Positions 1 through 11,000 of a DNA stretch of 64,000 nt are shown here, in pieces. How positions within the stretch are numbered: position 1 is the first letter of the stretch; every line of letters starts with the position of its first letter. Source of the stretch: a virus (lineage: Duplodnaviria > Caudoviricetes). The stretch lies in the IMG/VR virus record IMGVR_UViG_3300033074_000984. One strand, 5' to 3'. A model generated the notes under the pieces. That model did no database searches, was not told where the DNA came from, and saw only the letters and a program-made list of their open reading frames with translations. Made by a program: the position numbers and the translations under genes.

Positions 1-58
1 AACCAAGCCGATCGTAACGAAGAACGACCCGTACGACAGCACCAGTTAAGAGGCAGAC

Positions 59-478
59 ATGGCGACTCGAGCAGACAGACTAACACAGACGCAGAAGAAG
101 CGAGAGCTCTACTCTGACTTTCTTGGAAGCTTCGCTAAGCACCCGTTGTCTGGAGACCTCGCTCGTGTGACCAACGAGGAGTCTGTAAAGCAGTCCGTCA
201 AGAACATACTGCTCACCAATCTAGGCGAGAGGCCGTTCGAGCCGCACGTGGGAGGCGACGTACGACGCGCAGCGTTCGAGCCGAGCACCGGTTTCACTGA
301 CGAGATCGTGGCCTGTAACGTCAGAGAGGCTCTTGACTACTCAGAGCCGAGGATAAGCGTGCTCGAGATCAAGGTGGTCGCCTCGCCAGACTCTAACGAC
401 CTTAGAGTGTCGGTGACGTTCGTGCTGGTCAACGACCGCGTGCCACTGTCTGTAGACGTCATTGTCAAGCGCGTCTGA
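59..478 (+). CDS. gp25: Baseplate wedge subunit, T4 gp25-like
   Basis: NEESVKQSVKNILLTNLGERPFEP and EPRI motifs of the GPW/gp25 family; directly upstream of gp6. Confidence 0.93.
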   Translation: MATRADRLTQTQKKRELYSDFLGSFAKHPLSGDLARVTNEESVKQSVKNILLTNLGERPFEPHVGGDVRRAAFEPSTGFTDEIVACNVREALDYSEPRISVLEIKVVASPDSNDLRVSVTFVLVNDRVPLSVDVIVKRV

Positions 479-484
479 TAAATA
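477..484 (+). promoter_or_regulatory. T4-type late promoter (GATAAATA)
   Basis: Matches TATAAATA at 7/8 positions; lies before the AGGAGG RBS of gp6; gp55 is encoded in the window. Confidence 0.65.
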
Positions 485-502
485 AGGCTTAGGAGGAGTT
501 AC

Positions 503-2278
503 GTGAGCACAATTCAGACGCTGGCAGGGCTGGACTTCAACGACGCTAAGGCGGCGATAAAGACGTTCCTTCGTAGTCAGAGCATCTTTCGTGACTACGA
601 CTGGGACGGCTCTAATATGTCCGTGCTCGTCGGCGCGCTAGCGTATAACCAGTTCCTCTACAACTTCTACCTTAACATGGTGAGCTCTGAGGGGCGACTG
701 TCGAGCGCCAGACTTCTAGACTCTGTAGTGGCGACCGCCAAGCCGCTCGGCTACGTGCCCCGTAGTCCTCGATCAGCGGTCGCGAGCCTTGACCTCTCTG
801 TACCGACGACAGGAGCTCAGAGCCTCACCCTTCCAAAGAACACCCAGTTCTCGTCGCAGAACGCTAACGGCACGTACACGTTCTGCACCAGAAGCTCTGG
901 CGTCTACTACTCCTCGAGCAACACCTTCCTCGTGTCTAACCTCGAGGTCTTTGAAGGGTCGTACGTCACTGACGCCTACGTGTTCGACTCTACCGACGAG
1001 CTCCAACGATTCACGCTCGAGTCTAACTCAGCGGACACCGACAGCCTCTCTGTGTCAGTAGCAACGCCCAGCGGAAGCAACGTCGCTAGCTGGAAGCTGG
1101 CCACTAACCTCTACGGCCTCGACGAGACGTCAAACGTCTACTTCGTCCAGGGCGCCGAGGGAGGAAAGTTCGAGGTCGTGTTCGGCGACGGCGTGTTCGG
1201 CAGGAGGCCTGATGACGGCTCGGTAGTCACTCTCGAGTACATGGTGACTGAGGGCGCTAACGGCAACGGCTGCGACACCTTCGTCATGGACGACGACCTC
1301 GGCCAGATCAACGGCACGACCATACTATCCCCGTTCGTCATCGAGACGACCGGCGTGTCCGCTGGAGGTGACGAGCGAGAGACGGTCGAGAGCATAAAGT
1401 TCCGTGCGCCTCGACACTATCAGACGCAAGAGGCCGCCATAACAGCTAGCGACTACGCGTCTATGGTGCTCAAGAACTTCTCAGACGTCGCCGGGTGCTT
1501 CGCCTACGGAGGGGAGACTGTAAGCGGCTCTGTTCAATACGGAAGAACGTTCGTGGCGGTTGTCGGCCGAAACGGCGCTCCGATAATTGACGCGCGCAAG
1601 GAGGAGATCAAAGCGTTTCTCGAGTCGAGATCTGGCATGAACATGGAGGCGGTCATGATATCGCCAGAGACGACGTACCTCGGCTTGAACGTCTCCCTAC
1701 ACGTAGACAGCTCTAAACTGGTCGGCACCCTCGCTCAGCTAGAGGGCGCTGTGTCTAAGGCCCTTACAAAGTACAACGCCTCGAGTCTCGGACGCTTCAA
1801 CAAGCACTTTCTTGACTCACGCGTCACTGACGTCATTCAGGCCGTAGACGCGGCCATAGACAGCGTAGAGCTCTCGACGACGATCTCGAAGCTTGCAGAC
1901 ATGGGGCTCAACGAGCCAAAGACTGTAACCCTTGAGTTCAAGAACGCAATAGCGAAGGGGGTCAGGTCTTCTCACTTCACGTATCTCGGCAAGCGCTACG
2001 TCCTCACAGACACGCTCTCCTCAAGGTCGCCGAACGGAGCTCTCTACAAGCTCGAGGTTAACCCGCTCTATTCATCCGACTCTTACTCGACAGTCGGCAC
2101 CATAAACTACTCAACCGGAACCATCGACGTCTCCACCATAGAGGCCAGCTCTTTCGTTGGTGACGTCGGTCTGAGGTTCTTCGCGACGCCTGTGGCGGAT
2201 AACGTCTACGCTAAGAAGAACGAGGTGCTCAAGATCGACCTGTCTCGCTCTGTCATCTCCTCATCTACGAGCTACTAA
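503..2278 (+). CDS. gp6: Baseplate wedge subunit gp6
   Basis: LDF..K..FLRSQ.F.DYDWDGS.MSVL...LAYN N-terminus; FGDGVFGRRP; E..ESIKFRAP..YQTQ..A.TASDY; GTG start with RBS. Confidence 0.93.
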   Translation: MSTIQTLAGLDFNDAKAAIKTFLRSQSIFRDYDWDGSNMSVLVGALAYNQFLYNFYLNMVSSEGRLSSARLLDSVVATAKPLGYVPRSPRSAVASLDLSVPTTGAQSLTLPKNTQFSSQNANGTYTFCTRSSGVYYSSSNTFLVSNLEVFEGSYVTDAYVFDSTDELQRFTLESNSADTDSLSVSVATPSGSNVASWKLATNLYGLDETSNVYFVQGAEGGKFEVVFGDGVFGRRPDDGSVVTLEYMVTEGANGNGCDTFVMDDDLGQINGTTILSPFVIETTGVSAGGDERETVESIKFRAPRHYQTQEAAITASDYASMVLKNFSDVAGCFAYGGETVSGSVQYGRTFVAVVGRNGAPIIDARKEEIKAFLESRSGMNMEAVMISPETTYLGLNVSLHVDSSKLVGTLAQLEGAVSKALTKYNASSLGRFNKHFLDSRVTDVIQAVDAAIDSVELSTTISKLADMGLNEPKTVTLEFKNAIAKGVRSSHFTYLGKRYVLTDTLSSRSPNGALYKLEVNPLYSSDSYSTVGTINYSTGTIDVSTIEASSFVGDVGLRFFATPVADNVYAKKNEVLKIDLSRSVISSSTSY

Positions 2279-4977
2279 TGCGCCCGTACAAGCACGTATC
2301 TCCTCTCGTTCCGAGACAGCTGCCGTCTGAGTACCTCGAAAACGGCTCGTTGCTGCCAGACTTCCTCAAGGCCTACTACTCCTGGCTAGAGCAGGGTGAC
2401 GTGACTCGACTCCGGGCAGCGGGTGGTGGCCCGACTCTCACGGTCGGCTCTTACGCGCTGCTCGAGAGAGACCCAGAGCAGCTCTTTCTCGTACTCGGCT
2501 CGAACGACTCGAGCACGCTCGTACTCGGAGACCCAGGCTCTCTCTTACCAGGTGACGTGGTTCGTGAGGTCGTGTCAGGCCCGACCGAGCTGACGGGACA
2601 GTTGTCATCCTCTGCGTCGTCACTGTACTTGTCTGGCAACGGCACGAGGTTCAGCGCAGAGCTGACTGTTGGCTCGTACGTCTTGCTCGACGGGGCGCTC
2701 AGGAAGATAGTCTCGATATACGACGACGTCTCAGCCACCACTGACACGCCGAGCTCCACAACAGTCGTTCTCAAGACGGCGCAGGCCTTCAGTCTCGGTG
2801 AACAGCTGATCGTAGGGAGCTCTACGCGAGAGCCAAACCCGATATACGGCGCGCGATCACTCCCTGAGTGGTTCGACGTCGACTATACGACTAACGATCT
2901 CCTGTCAAGGTTCAAGGAGGAGTACCTCGGAGACTTCCCAGAAGAGCTCGCTACAGACAAGCGCTTCTTCATAAAGCACGCCCTAGACTTTTACAGGGTG
3001 AAGGGCACGCCGCTCGCTGTAAAGGTGCTGTTTCGCGCTCTGTACGCAGAAGACGCGGTCGTGTTCGAGCCGTGGAAACACGTGTTCACGCCGAGCGCTG
3101 CGAAGTGGGTGGTCCCGAAGTACATCGAGGTAGCCGGCAGCGCTTCACTAGATGCGCTTCCTGGCAGGGTGATCCGGTCACAGATGAACGGCGGCTCGGC
3201 AGTTGTAGAGAGCTTCGTAAGACGTCTGTCTAGCGGCCAAGTCATAAACGTGTTGACTCTCTCTAATCTTAGCGGAGGGTTCCACAAGGGTGACGCTATC
3301 TTCTGTGACGAGCTGTCTCTGTACCCCGTAACTCGAGTTCTAGGCTCACTGAGCGCAGTCAGCGTCACAGACGGCGGCGCGAACTTCTCTGTTGGAGACA
3401 AGCTCACTGTGCTCGGTAGGGGCTACTCTGGCACAGGCGTCGTCACCAGCACTAGAGAGAGCAGAGGCATAGTCAACTTCTCTCTTAACTACGGCGGCAC
3501 GGGATACACGCGAGACGCAGTCGTCTCGATATCTGGTGGCGGCGGAGTCGGTGCGACCTTCAAGATCGGCGACATCGTCAACACCGAGACGCTGACGTAC
3601 GTCACGGACGTGATAGGCGACTATCAGGACAAGCAGCTCGACAACGACACCTCTGGGTTCGTCTTGTCGATCACCGGCACGTCCGGAACGTTCTCTGCTG
3701 GCCACTACGTAACATCCTCAGCCAACGTGTCTACGCTAGACGTAAACGTCTTGTCAGGAGAGCTGACTCCTGGAGAGCTGGTCTCTAACGGGGCCTTCAC
3801 TGCACGAGTGTCGCGATCTGACCAAGAGTTCTTAGAGCTCGTAGGCGCCAGCTCGACGTGCGCCCCAGGAACTGTACTTCTTGGTAACTCGTCTGGTGCA
3901 AGCGTCTCAGTAAACAGCTTCTTCGGCACCCGACTAGTCACGGCCAACGGCTACGTCACGGCAGCTAACTCTAGCCAGTTGTCTGTGAGAGACGTAAAGA
4001 GCGTGGGTGCGACTAACTGGCAGCTCGGGAACGTCGTCGTCACCTCCGGGGGCGTCGGATACTCTAACACAGACTACGTGACGTTTCAAGGAGTCGGCTC
4101 TGGCGGCTCAGGCGCTATAACCACTGACGCTAACGGCTCCGTTCAGAGCGTCGCGATTCAAGACGCCGGCTCGAGCTGGACGGCAACGCCTAACGTCGCG
4201 TTCGTGACGTCTACCGGCTCGAACGCTAGCGCTACCGGAAGCGTGTTCCTGACATCAGGGGCCTTTCTCATAAGGTCTGTGGTCACAGACTCCACGTCTG
4301 GTGCGACGGCTACGACATCCTCGGTGCAAAGAGAGACTGACTGGGGGTTCTCTGACCCTTACAATCCGTGGAACGACGTGCCAGACAACCTTGACACACC
4401 GATGTCTGACTCCTTCTCGTTGGAGAGCAAGCTCGTCGGCTCTATAGGCTCCTTGATATCTGTAGCTCACGGCTCTGGCTACAGCTCTAACCCAGTTGTT
4501 ACGGTGACACAGACAGACGTCGCGTCTATAGGTCTGTCTGACGGTCAGGGAGGCGTCGTGGGTAACAACGCCATAATCACAGCGAACGGCTCTTACGGCA
4601 CGGGCATAGTCAGCTCTGTGCGCGTCGTCGACTCTGGCTTTGGGTACGAGCCGAACGAGACGTTGTCCATGCTGAGAGCTGACGGGGCTCTCGTGTCTGG
4701 ACGAGCGGTCGTTGATCAGCACGGCAAGTTTGACGGCTACTGGCGGAACAACAAGGGCTTCTGTAACAGCGACCAGTACATTCAAGACAGCTATTACTGG
4801 CAGAGGTTCTCGTACGAGGTGCAAGCGCCTCGCGTTCTAGAGAGCTACGAAGACGACTTGAGAGCTCTCGCGCACCCGACAGGGTACGCGCTGTTCGGGA
4901 AGTTCAGCAAGATAGAGTCTCTTGAAACGCCGCCTACACTCGTTGAAGAGGCGTTCACGACAGAGGTCGTGTCTTAA
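2278..4977 (+). CDS. gp7: Baseplate wedge initiator, gp7-like
   Basis: FLKAYYSWLE, DFYRVKGT...LFRALY and C-terminal IQDSYYWQRFSYEV...HPTG motifs; sits between gp6 and gp8. Confidence 0.75.
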   Translation: MRPYKHVSPLVPRQLPSEYLENGSLLPDFLKAYYSWLEQGDVTRLRAAGGGPTLTVGSYALLERDPEQLFLVLGSNDSSTLVLGDPGSLLPGDVVREVVSGPTELTGQLSSSASSLYLSGNGTRFSAELTVGSYVLLDGALRKIVSIYDDVSATTDTPSSTTVVLKTAQAFSLGEQLIVGSSTREPNPIYGARSLPEWFDVDYTTNDLLSRFKEEYLGDFPEELATDKRFFIKHALDFYRVKGTPLAVKVLFRALYAEDAVVFEPWKHVFTPSAAKWVVPKYIEVAGSASLDALPGRVIRSQMNGGSAVVESFVRRLSSGQVINVLTLSNLSGGFHKGDAIFCDELSLYPVTRVLGSLSAVSVTDGGANFSVGDKLTVLGRGYSGTGVVTSTRESRGIVNFSLNYGGTGYTRDAVVSISGGGGVGATFKIGDIVNTETLTYVTDVIGDYQDKQLDNDTSGFVLSITGTSGTFSAGHYVTSSANVSTLDVNVLSGELTPGELVSNGAFTARVSRSDQEFLELVGASSTCAPGTVLLGNSSGASVSVNSFFGTRLVTANGYVTAANSSQLSVRDVKSVGATNWQLGNVVVTSGGVGYSNTDYVTFQGVGSGGSGAITTDANGSVQSVAIQDAGSSWTATPNVAFVTSTGSNASATGSVFLTSGAFLIRSVVTDSTSGATATTSSVQRETDWGFSDPYNPWNDVPDNLDTPMSDSFSLESKLVGSIGSLISVAHGSGYSSNPVVTVTQTDVASIGLSDGQGGVVGNNAIITANGSYGTGIVSSVRVVDSGFGYEPNETLSMLRADGALVSGRAVVDQHGKFDGYWRNNKGFCNSDQYIQDSYYWQRFSYEVQAPRVLESYEDDLRALAHPTGYALFGKFSKIESLETPPTLVEEAFTTEVVS

Positions 4978-4982
4978 AGACG

Positions 4983-4990
4983 AATAAATA
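4983..4990 (+). promoter_or_regulatory. T4-type late promoter (AATAAATA)
   Basis: Intergenic NATAAATA box 8 nt before the gp8 ATG. Confidence 0.65.
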
Positions 4991-4998
4991 GGACCGAT

Positions 4999-7900
4999 AT
5001 GGGCATCCTCACTAAGAACTACGGCGTCGACTCCGCTAAGTCGTTTTACAACGACCTCGCGTCTACGAGCTCCAGCACCTACGTGTTCGTTGGCCGGCCA
5101 ACGCCGTGGACAGATGACCAGTCGCCTCCGACAGCTAACCTCTCAGTCGAGTCTACGAACCTCGTCGTCTATCCAACGATAGCCTACGGAAAGCGCGTAA
5201 GCTCCGCTGACTCTGTGTTGATGGCTCGACGAGTGCAGTGGACGAGCAACACGGTCTACGCGGCGTACGACCACGCTGACGAAGACCTGTACTCTAAGGA
5301 CTTCTATGTGGTCACGGACGACCTAGCGGTCTTCAAGTGTCTGCACAACGCTGGTGGAGAGCCGAGCACTATCAAGCCAGCGGTGTTCTCCACAGACGGC
5401 TTCTTTCAGACGAGTGACGGCTACGTCTGGAAGTACCTCTACAGCATCAGTCCGACAACGAACTCCAAGCACTACAGCGCCTCCTACGTTCCGGTCGTGC
5501 CCAACTCTGCTGTAGCAGCAGCTGCAGTTGACGGGTCGATAGACTTCGTCGAGGTTGAGAGCGCTGGTCAGAACTTCACTGCTCACGCTCGAGGGTTCCT
5601 TGGCTCTGTCGTCAACACGTCTGCGATAGGCCTGTCTACAGACGCCAGCACCACGCCTGGCGCTTACACCGGTGCGGGGATCTACCTTCATAGCAGTCCT
5701 GGTGGCAGCCAGCTCGCGCGAATAACGAACTACGTAGGCGGCACGAGTCGTCTCGCAATCGTAGATCCGCCGCTGAGCGTACACGAGACCCTGGTGCTCA
5801 ACAACATACAGGGCACCTTCGCTATCGCCGACGTGATGATTCAAGAGGTCTACTCGATCGGTACGTCTACTCTTAGAGGCGACGCGAGCTACGGCTCGGT
5901 TGTTCAGCAGTCAGACAGCGCCGCGGCCGGCGTCGTGCAATCGTCTAACTCGACAGTCGTCGTCGTTTATCCCACCACCAACACCGCGTTCGAAGCGACC
6001 ACCCCGATATACAACACGACCGACTCTGGATCACTACAGACCGGCACTGTGACGACTACGTCTGGCTCTGCTAACGTCGTCGGCGCCGGCACCGCCTTCA
6101 CCACTGACTACACAGTTGGTCAGTACGTTCGCGTTGGACCCGTTGCAAACACTCAGATAAGACGAGTGACGTCCATCGCTAACGCCACCCACATGTCTGT
6201 CACGCCTGCGTTCAGTCAGTCACTCACAGGCAACTCGCACTACTTAGTCTCGAGCGCGTTCACGCCGACGGCCGTGACGCTCTCAAGCGCTAACGGCACA
6301 ATCGACTACGTCAACGTAGACGGTCAAATAGTAGAGTTCGCTAACGTTCTCGTCGAGGGAGTAGCTTTCGTTCCTGGTGAGACCGTCGTCGAGGTCAACG
6401 GCGCTGGTGACTCACAAAGCGTCACTGGCGTGGTCGACTACGCCAACGCCAGCCACCTCATACTCTCTTCTATATCTGGGTCACTGACGACTGGCTTGTA
6501 CCTTCTCGGCTCGTCAAGCGCCCAGAGAGCTCAGATCGTAGAGCTCGACTCGTACCCGTCCGTTGGCGTGCTCGCCTCTCACTCGGACTTTAGAGCGGGG
6601 TGGCCGGCTAGAGCAGTCAGCGCGTCTAGCGGAGCACAGACCGGCAACGCTCAAGTCGTCACAGCGACGCCGTTTCCAGGCGAGCTCTCAGAGTACGTCG
6701 TCGGCCCACAGATAGTCATCGAGGGCGACGGTTACGGAGCAACAGCGTACGCCACCGTGAGCGACGAGGTCGGCCTAGTGAACTCCGTGGCTAGCGTTAC
6801 GGTCTTGGATCACGGCGCCGGCTACACCTACGCCAACGTGTACGTGTCTGACAACACGGCCTTCGGTAACTCTGCTGTGTTTAGAGCCATCATAGCGCCT
6901 CACGGCGGGCACGGCGCTGACGCTTACTCTGAGCTTGACGCTCGCTACGTCAGCGTCTCTGTAGAGTTCGACACCTTCGAGAACGAGCTCTACGACCTGC
7001 CAACATACGGCTCTTATCGAACGATCGGCTTGCTAAGAGACCCACAGTACTCCAGCGTCAGGCTCGGCCTGTCAGAACCCACGCGAGTCGGACTAGAAGT
7101 TGCTGGCACGTCTGGCTCGTTCGTTGTCGGAGAGGTCGCGTACCAGGCCAACACGGGCGCAGGCGGTACGGTGGAGTGGTCTAACACGAACTACGTAGAG
7201 CTGTCTCACAGGTCTGGTGACTTCGCTTCAGGCAGCGCAGTCGTCGGCCTCTCATCAGGGGCCACGGCTAACGTGACGTCTGCAGCGAACATAGAGTTCT
7301 CTGTAGACGGCGTGGACCTCACAGTGACTCAAGACGTCACCTCTGCGTCTATGACGCTGTACGACGTCGACCCAGCCGGCCCCTACATAGACGTCACCGG
7401 TGTCACCGGTCGCATCGCGAACTCTTACGCGGTCTCTGCCGTAGAGGGGAACGCGACAGCCAACGTGGTGTCTATAACCGAGTCGGGACGCGACGTGTCG
7501 GCCACCTTCGGAGCAAGGTTCACGCAGACGCAACGCGTCGCCATGACCACCAACACGGGCTCGTTCTCCGTGTACGAGCGAGTGATTCAGGACACGAGCA
7601 ACGCCTCTGGCGTCATCATCTCGCTCGACTCTGACGTAGACCTCATAGTCTCTGGCGCTACCGGATCGTTCTATAGAGGAAACGAGCTGTCCTCGAATAA
7701 CGGAGCAACCGCTGTCGTCGTCGGAGTCGGAAATACTACGCATCTGAAGCTGTCTTCTGTAACTGGAGACTGGGTACCAGGAAACTACGCCATAAATAAC
7801 GTCGGGATAGAAGCTCTCATAGAAGCGGCTTATCCGGCGCTGTGTCTTACAGACTCGCGCGGGACGATGCTCGAGGGCTCTTATAACATAGTCGGCGACG

Positions 7901-8055
7901 AGAGCGGCAGCATAGCGAGGGCAGCTCACGCCAACTCCATAAGCAACCCCTCTCTAGTGAGAGACACGGGTGTCGTGACTTACGTCTCGCACCAGTCGCC
8001 ATTCACGAGAGGTAAAAACACCCGCGAGCAGGTAAAGCTCGTTCTGAAGTACTAG
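4999..8055 (+). CDS. gp8: Baseplate wedge subunit gp8-like, enlarged by a long internal insertion
   Basis: YVFVGRPTPW, FYVVTDDLAVFKCL.N, DGYVWKYLY, P.GGHGAD...EL, YRTIGLLRDP and C-terminal R..EQVKLVL motifs. Confidence 0.85.
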   Translation: MGILTKNYGVDSAKSFYNDLASTSSSTYVFVGRPTPWTDDQSPPTANLSVESTNLVVYPTIAYGKRVSSADSVLMARRVQWTSNTVYAAYDHADEDLYSKDFYVVTDDLAVFKCLHNAGGEPSTIKPAVFSTDGFFQTSDGYVWKYLYSISPTTNSKHYSASYVPVVPNSAVAAAAVDGSIDFVEVESAGQNFTAHARGFLGSVVNTSAIGLSTDASTTPGAYTGAGIYLHSSPGGSQLARITNYVGGTSRLAIVDPPLSVHETLVLNNIQGTFAIADVMIQEVYSIGTSTLRGDASYGSVVQQSDSAAAGVVQSSNSTVVVVYPTTNTAFEATTPIYNTTDSGSLQTGTVTTTSGSANVVGAGTAFTTDYTVGQYVRVGPVANTQIRRVTSIANATHMSVTPAFSQSLTGNSHYLVSSAFTPTAVTLSSANGTIDYVNVDGQIVEFANVLVEGVAFVPGETVVEVNGAGDSQSVTGVVDYANASHLILSSISGSLTTGLYLLGSSSAQRAQIVELDSYPSVGVLASHSDFRAGWPARAVSASSGAQTGNAQVVTATPFPGELSEYVVGPQIVIEGDGYGATAYATVSDEVGLVNSVASVTVLDHGAGYTYANVYVSDNTAFGNSAVFRAIIAPHGGHGADAYSELDARYVSVSVEFDTFENELYDLPTYGSYRTIGLLRDPQYSSVRLGLSEPTRVGLEVAGTSGSFVVGEVAYQANTGAGGTVEWSNTNYVELSHRSGDFASGSAVVGLSSGATANVTSAANIEFSVDGVDLTVTQDVTSASMTLYDVDPAGPYIDVTGVTGRIANSYAVSAVEGNATANVVSITESGRDVSATFGARFTQTQRVAMTTNTGSFSVYERVIQDTSNASGVIISLDSDVDLIVSGATGSFYRGNELSSNNGATAVVVGVGNTTHLKLSSVTGDWVPGNYAINNVGIEALIEAAYPALCLTDSRGTMLEGSYNIVGDESGSIARAAHANSISNPSLVRDTGVVTYVSHQSPFTRGKNTREQVKLVLKY

Positions 8056-8066
8056 GACACAGTCAC

Positions 8067-11000
8067 TTGGCACTCGAAATCGACCTCTCGAAGAGTCCCT
8101 ACTACGACGACTACAGCCCAGACAAGCACTTTCATAGGGTGCTCGTCAGGCCGGCAATTCCTGTGCAGGCTAGAGAGCTCACGACGTCCCAGACGATCAT
8201 GCAAGACCAGATCGAACGGTTCGGTCGGCACATCTTCAAGGACGGCTCCATCGTCGAGAAGTGCGAGCTTTACTACGAGCCTGGCCTGCAGTACGTCAAG
8301 CTCGGTGACACGTACGCCAACGGCTACTCGCTAACCGTCGCTGACCTGGTTGGTAAGCAGCTTCGTAGTGACGCTTCCGGCCTTCGAGCGCTCGTGACAG
8401 ACTCTGCACAGGGCGCGACGACCAGCTCTCCAGACCTCAACACCGTCTACATCGACTACCTCAACTCTGGAAACGACTACGTCACTAAGACGTTCGCCGA
8501 GGACGAGGTCCTTACTGTCTACACGACTAGCAACGTAGCCATCGGTCAGGTCTCCACCGCTAACGCCGCTGTGTCGGGCAACAGCGCCTACGTGGGCTAC
8601 GCCTACAAGATGGCAGTGTCGGGCGGAACCGTCTTCCAGAAGGGCTTCTTCATCGGCGTCGAGCCGCAGTCTATCGTCGTCACGAAGTACCACAACCGCC
8701 CTGACAAGCTGTCTGTGGGCTTTCACACCGTAGAGTCTATCGTAACGCCAGAGGAGGACCCGAGCCTCCTTGACAACGCTGCCGGATCTGAGAACTACGG
8801 AGCTCCAGGCGCGCACCGACTTCGCCTCACACCGACCCTGGTCGTTCGCGACACCTCCAACACGACTAACAGCAACACTGAGGTCTTCTTCGCCCTCGCA
8901 GACTTCGTCGAGGGCGCCCCGTCAAGAGCCGCTGGCGTTGACCCGGCCTACGCAGCGCTCGGCGACGAGCTGGCTAAGAGGACTAACGAGGAGTCTGGCG
9001 ACTACATAATCGAGCCGTTCAACATGCGAGCGCTGCCGATATCTGGCAACAACACGCACCTGAAGCTCGAGCTAGACCCTGGCCTGGCCTACATCAAGGG
9101 CTATCGTGTCAAGACCGTTGGCAAGCTGGTCAGCTCGATCAGGAAGTCTGACGACATCAGACAGATAGAGGACCAAGTCGTGTCTGCCACCGTTGGCAGC
9201 TACGTCTACGCGACAGAGTATGCAGGCCTGTTCGACTTTCCGACGATAGCGTCGGTGTCACTCCGAAGCGCCAACGCTCAGGTCGTCACGACCGCTCTAG
9301 CGACTGGAGCCAGCGTTGACAGCGTCTCTGCTCCCGGCTCTGAGATCGGCACGGCGAAGATCATCGGCGCGTATCACGACTCAGGCTCTGTTGGTCTGCC
9401 GAGCACGACCTATCGCATGTACCTCACTGACATCGTCATGGCGCCGAACACGAGCTTCTCGAGCGTTCGGTCTCTGTACAGCGTCTCGGGAGGGGCGAAG
9501 GGCTTCGCAGACCTCGTTCTCGAGTCTAACAACGCGATCCTCAAGGACTCGTCTCTAACCCCACTCATCTACGACCTCGGCACCGATCACACTCGAGCGC
9601 TCATAAGCAGCGCCAACACCATCAACGCGCAGTTCGACTTCCGTACGGCGTCTAACGTCACGTTCGCAGTTGGCGGCACGGCTACGCTTAGCGTGCCCAG
9701 CCACGTAGGCGGCACTAACAAGTTCCCTTACGGCGTAGGCGCGCTAGACTCTACGTCCGAGAACGACTTCATGGTCGTCGTCACGAGCAACGCGGCCACG
9801 GCTAACCTGGCGGGTCGAGTCAGCAACACCAGCGCTAACACTGTTGGGTGGACGATAGGACAGTCGTCAGACTTCACCTCCCAGTACTCTGTTGGCGAGC
9901 ACGTCCTGTTCCTTAACGCTACGGCGTCAGAGGTGGGACGAGTAACCGCGGTTACGAGCTCGAGCATCTCTCTAGCCAACAACCTCACCTACGCCTGGTC
10001 AAACTCGGCGCACGCCAAGTACTACCCTGTCGGCTACACCATACCGTTCAGCTCGAGCTCGGGACGATCTATCACTATAAGCTCTGCGACGAGCGCCTCT
10101 CTGGCCCTCGGTGAGACCTTTACTGGGTCCTTCAACTCCAGGATCTACTACAACGTACGACGAACGAACGCCGTGCCAGCAGCGAAGACCCTTAACACAA
10201 GCGTCTTTGTCAAGATCAACACTGACACCCACACCAACGGGACAACCGGCCCGTGGAGCCTCGGGCTGCCAGACACGTTCCTACTCAAGCACGTCTATGT
10301 CGGCTCTGGCACCTACGCCAACACCAACCCGGACAGGACGTCTCTGTTCTCTGTAGATCCTGGACAAAAGGACACCTACTACGGACTCTCTCGCCTGACC
10401 AAGAGCCCGACGTACGCGCTTCCGGCCAACGCATCACTGCTCGTCGAAGTCATGTGCTTCGCTCCTGACACGTCACAGGGTGTCGGCTACTTCTCCGTGG
10501 ACTCGTTCGACATCGACGACTCCGGTAACAGCAGCTCTAACAGCATCTCGACGCAGTACGTGCCGAGCTACACCTCTGCTAGCTCCGGCAAGAGCTACTC
10601 GTTCCGTGACTCGGTGGACTTCAGACAGTACGCCGTAGCAACCGCGGCGTACGCCGCCAACGCCAGCTCTGCCACCACGAACCCCAACGGCAACAACAGC
10701 CTCTCTGTCACGTCTAGCTTCTTCCCCGTAGTCGACTCCACGTTCGAGTCGGACGTTCAGTACTACCTCGGAAGGAAAGACGTCGTCGGACTGACCCCAG
10801 AGGGCTCTGTCGTGGTCGTCGAGGGCACCCCGTCTGAGAGGCCGATAGAGCCGCACAAGATCTCATCCGGCATCTCGCTCTCATACGTCACGGTTCCGCC
10901 GTACCCGTCGCTCACCTCTACAGAGGCGCGTGACAACCAGTCCGGCGTTGACACGATCCAGTTCACGCCTATCAAGAACCGTCGCTACACCATGAGCGAC

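Noticed and set aside
7791-7798. CATAAATA inside gp8 as a promoter for the giant tail gene
   Set aside because: Possible, but it lies in coding sequence about 270 nt upstream and has no independent support
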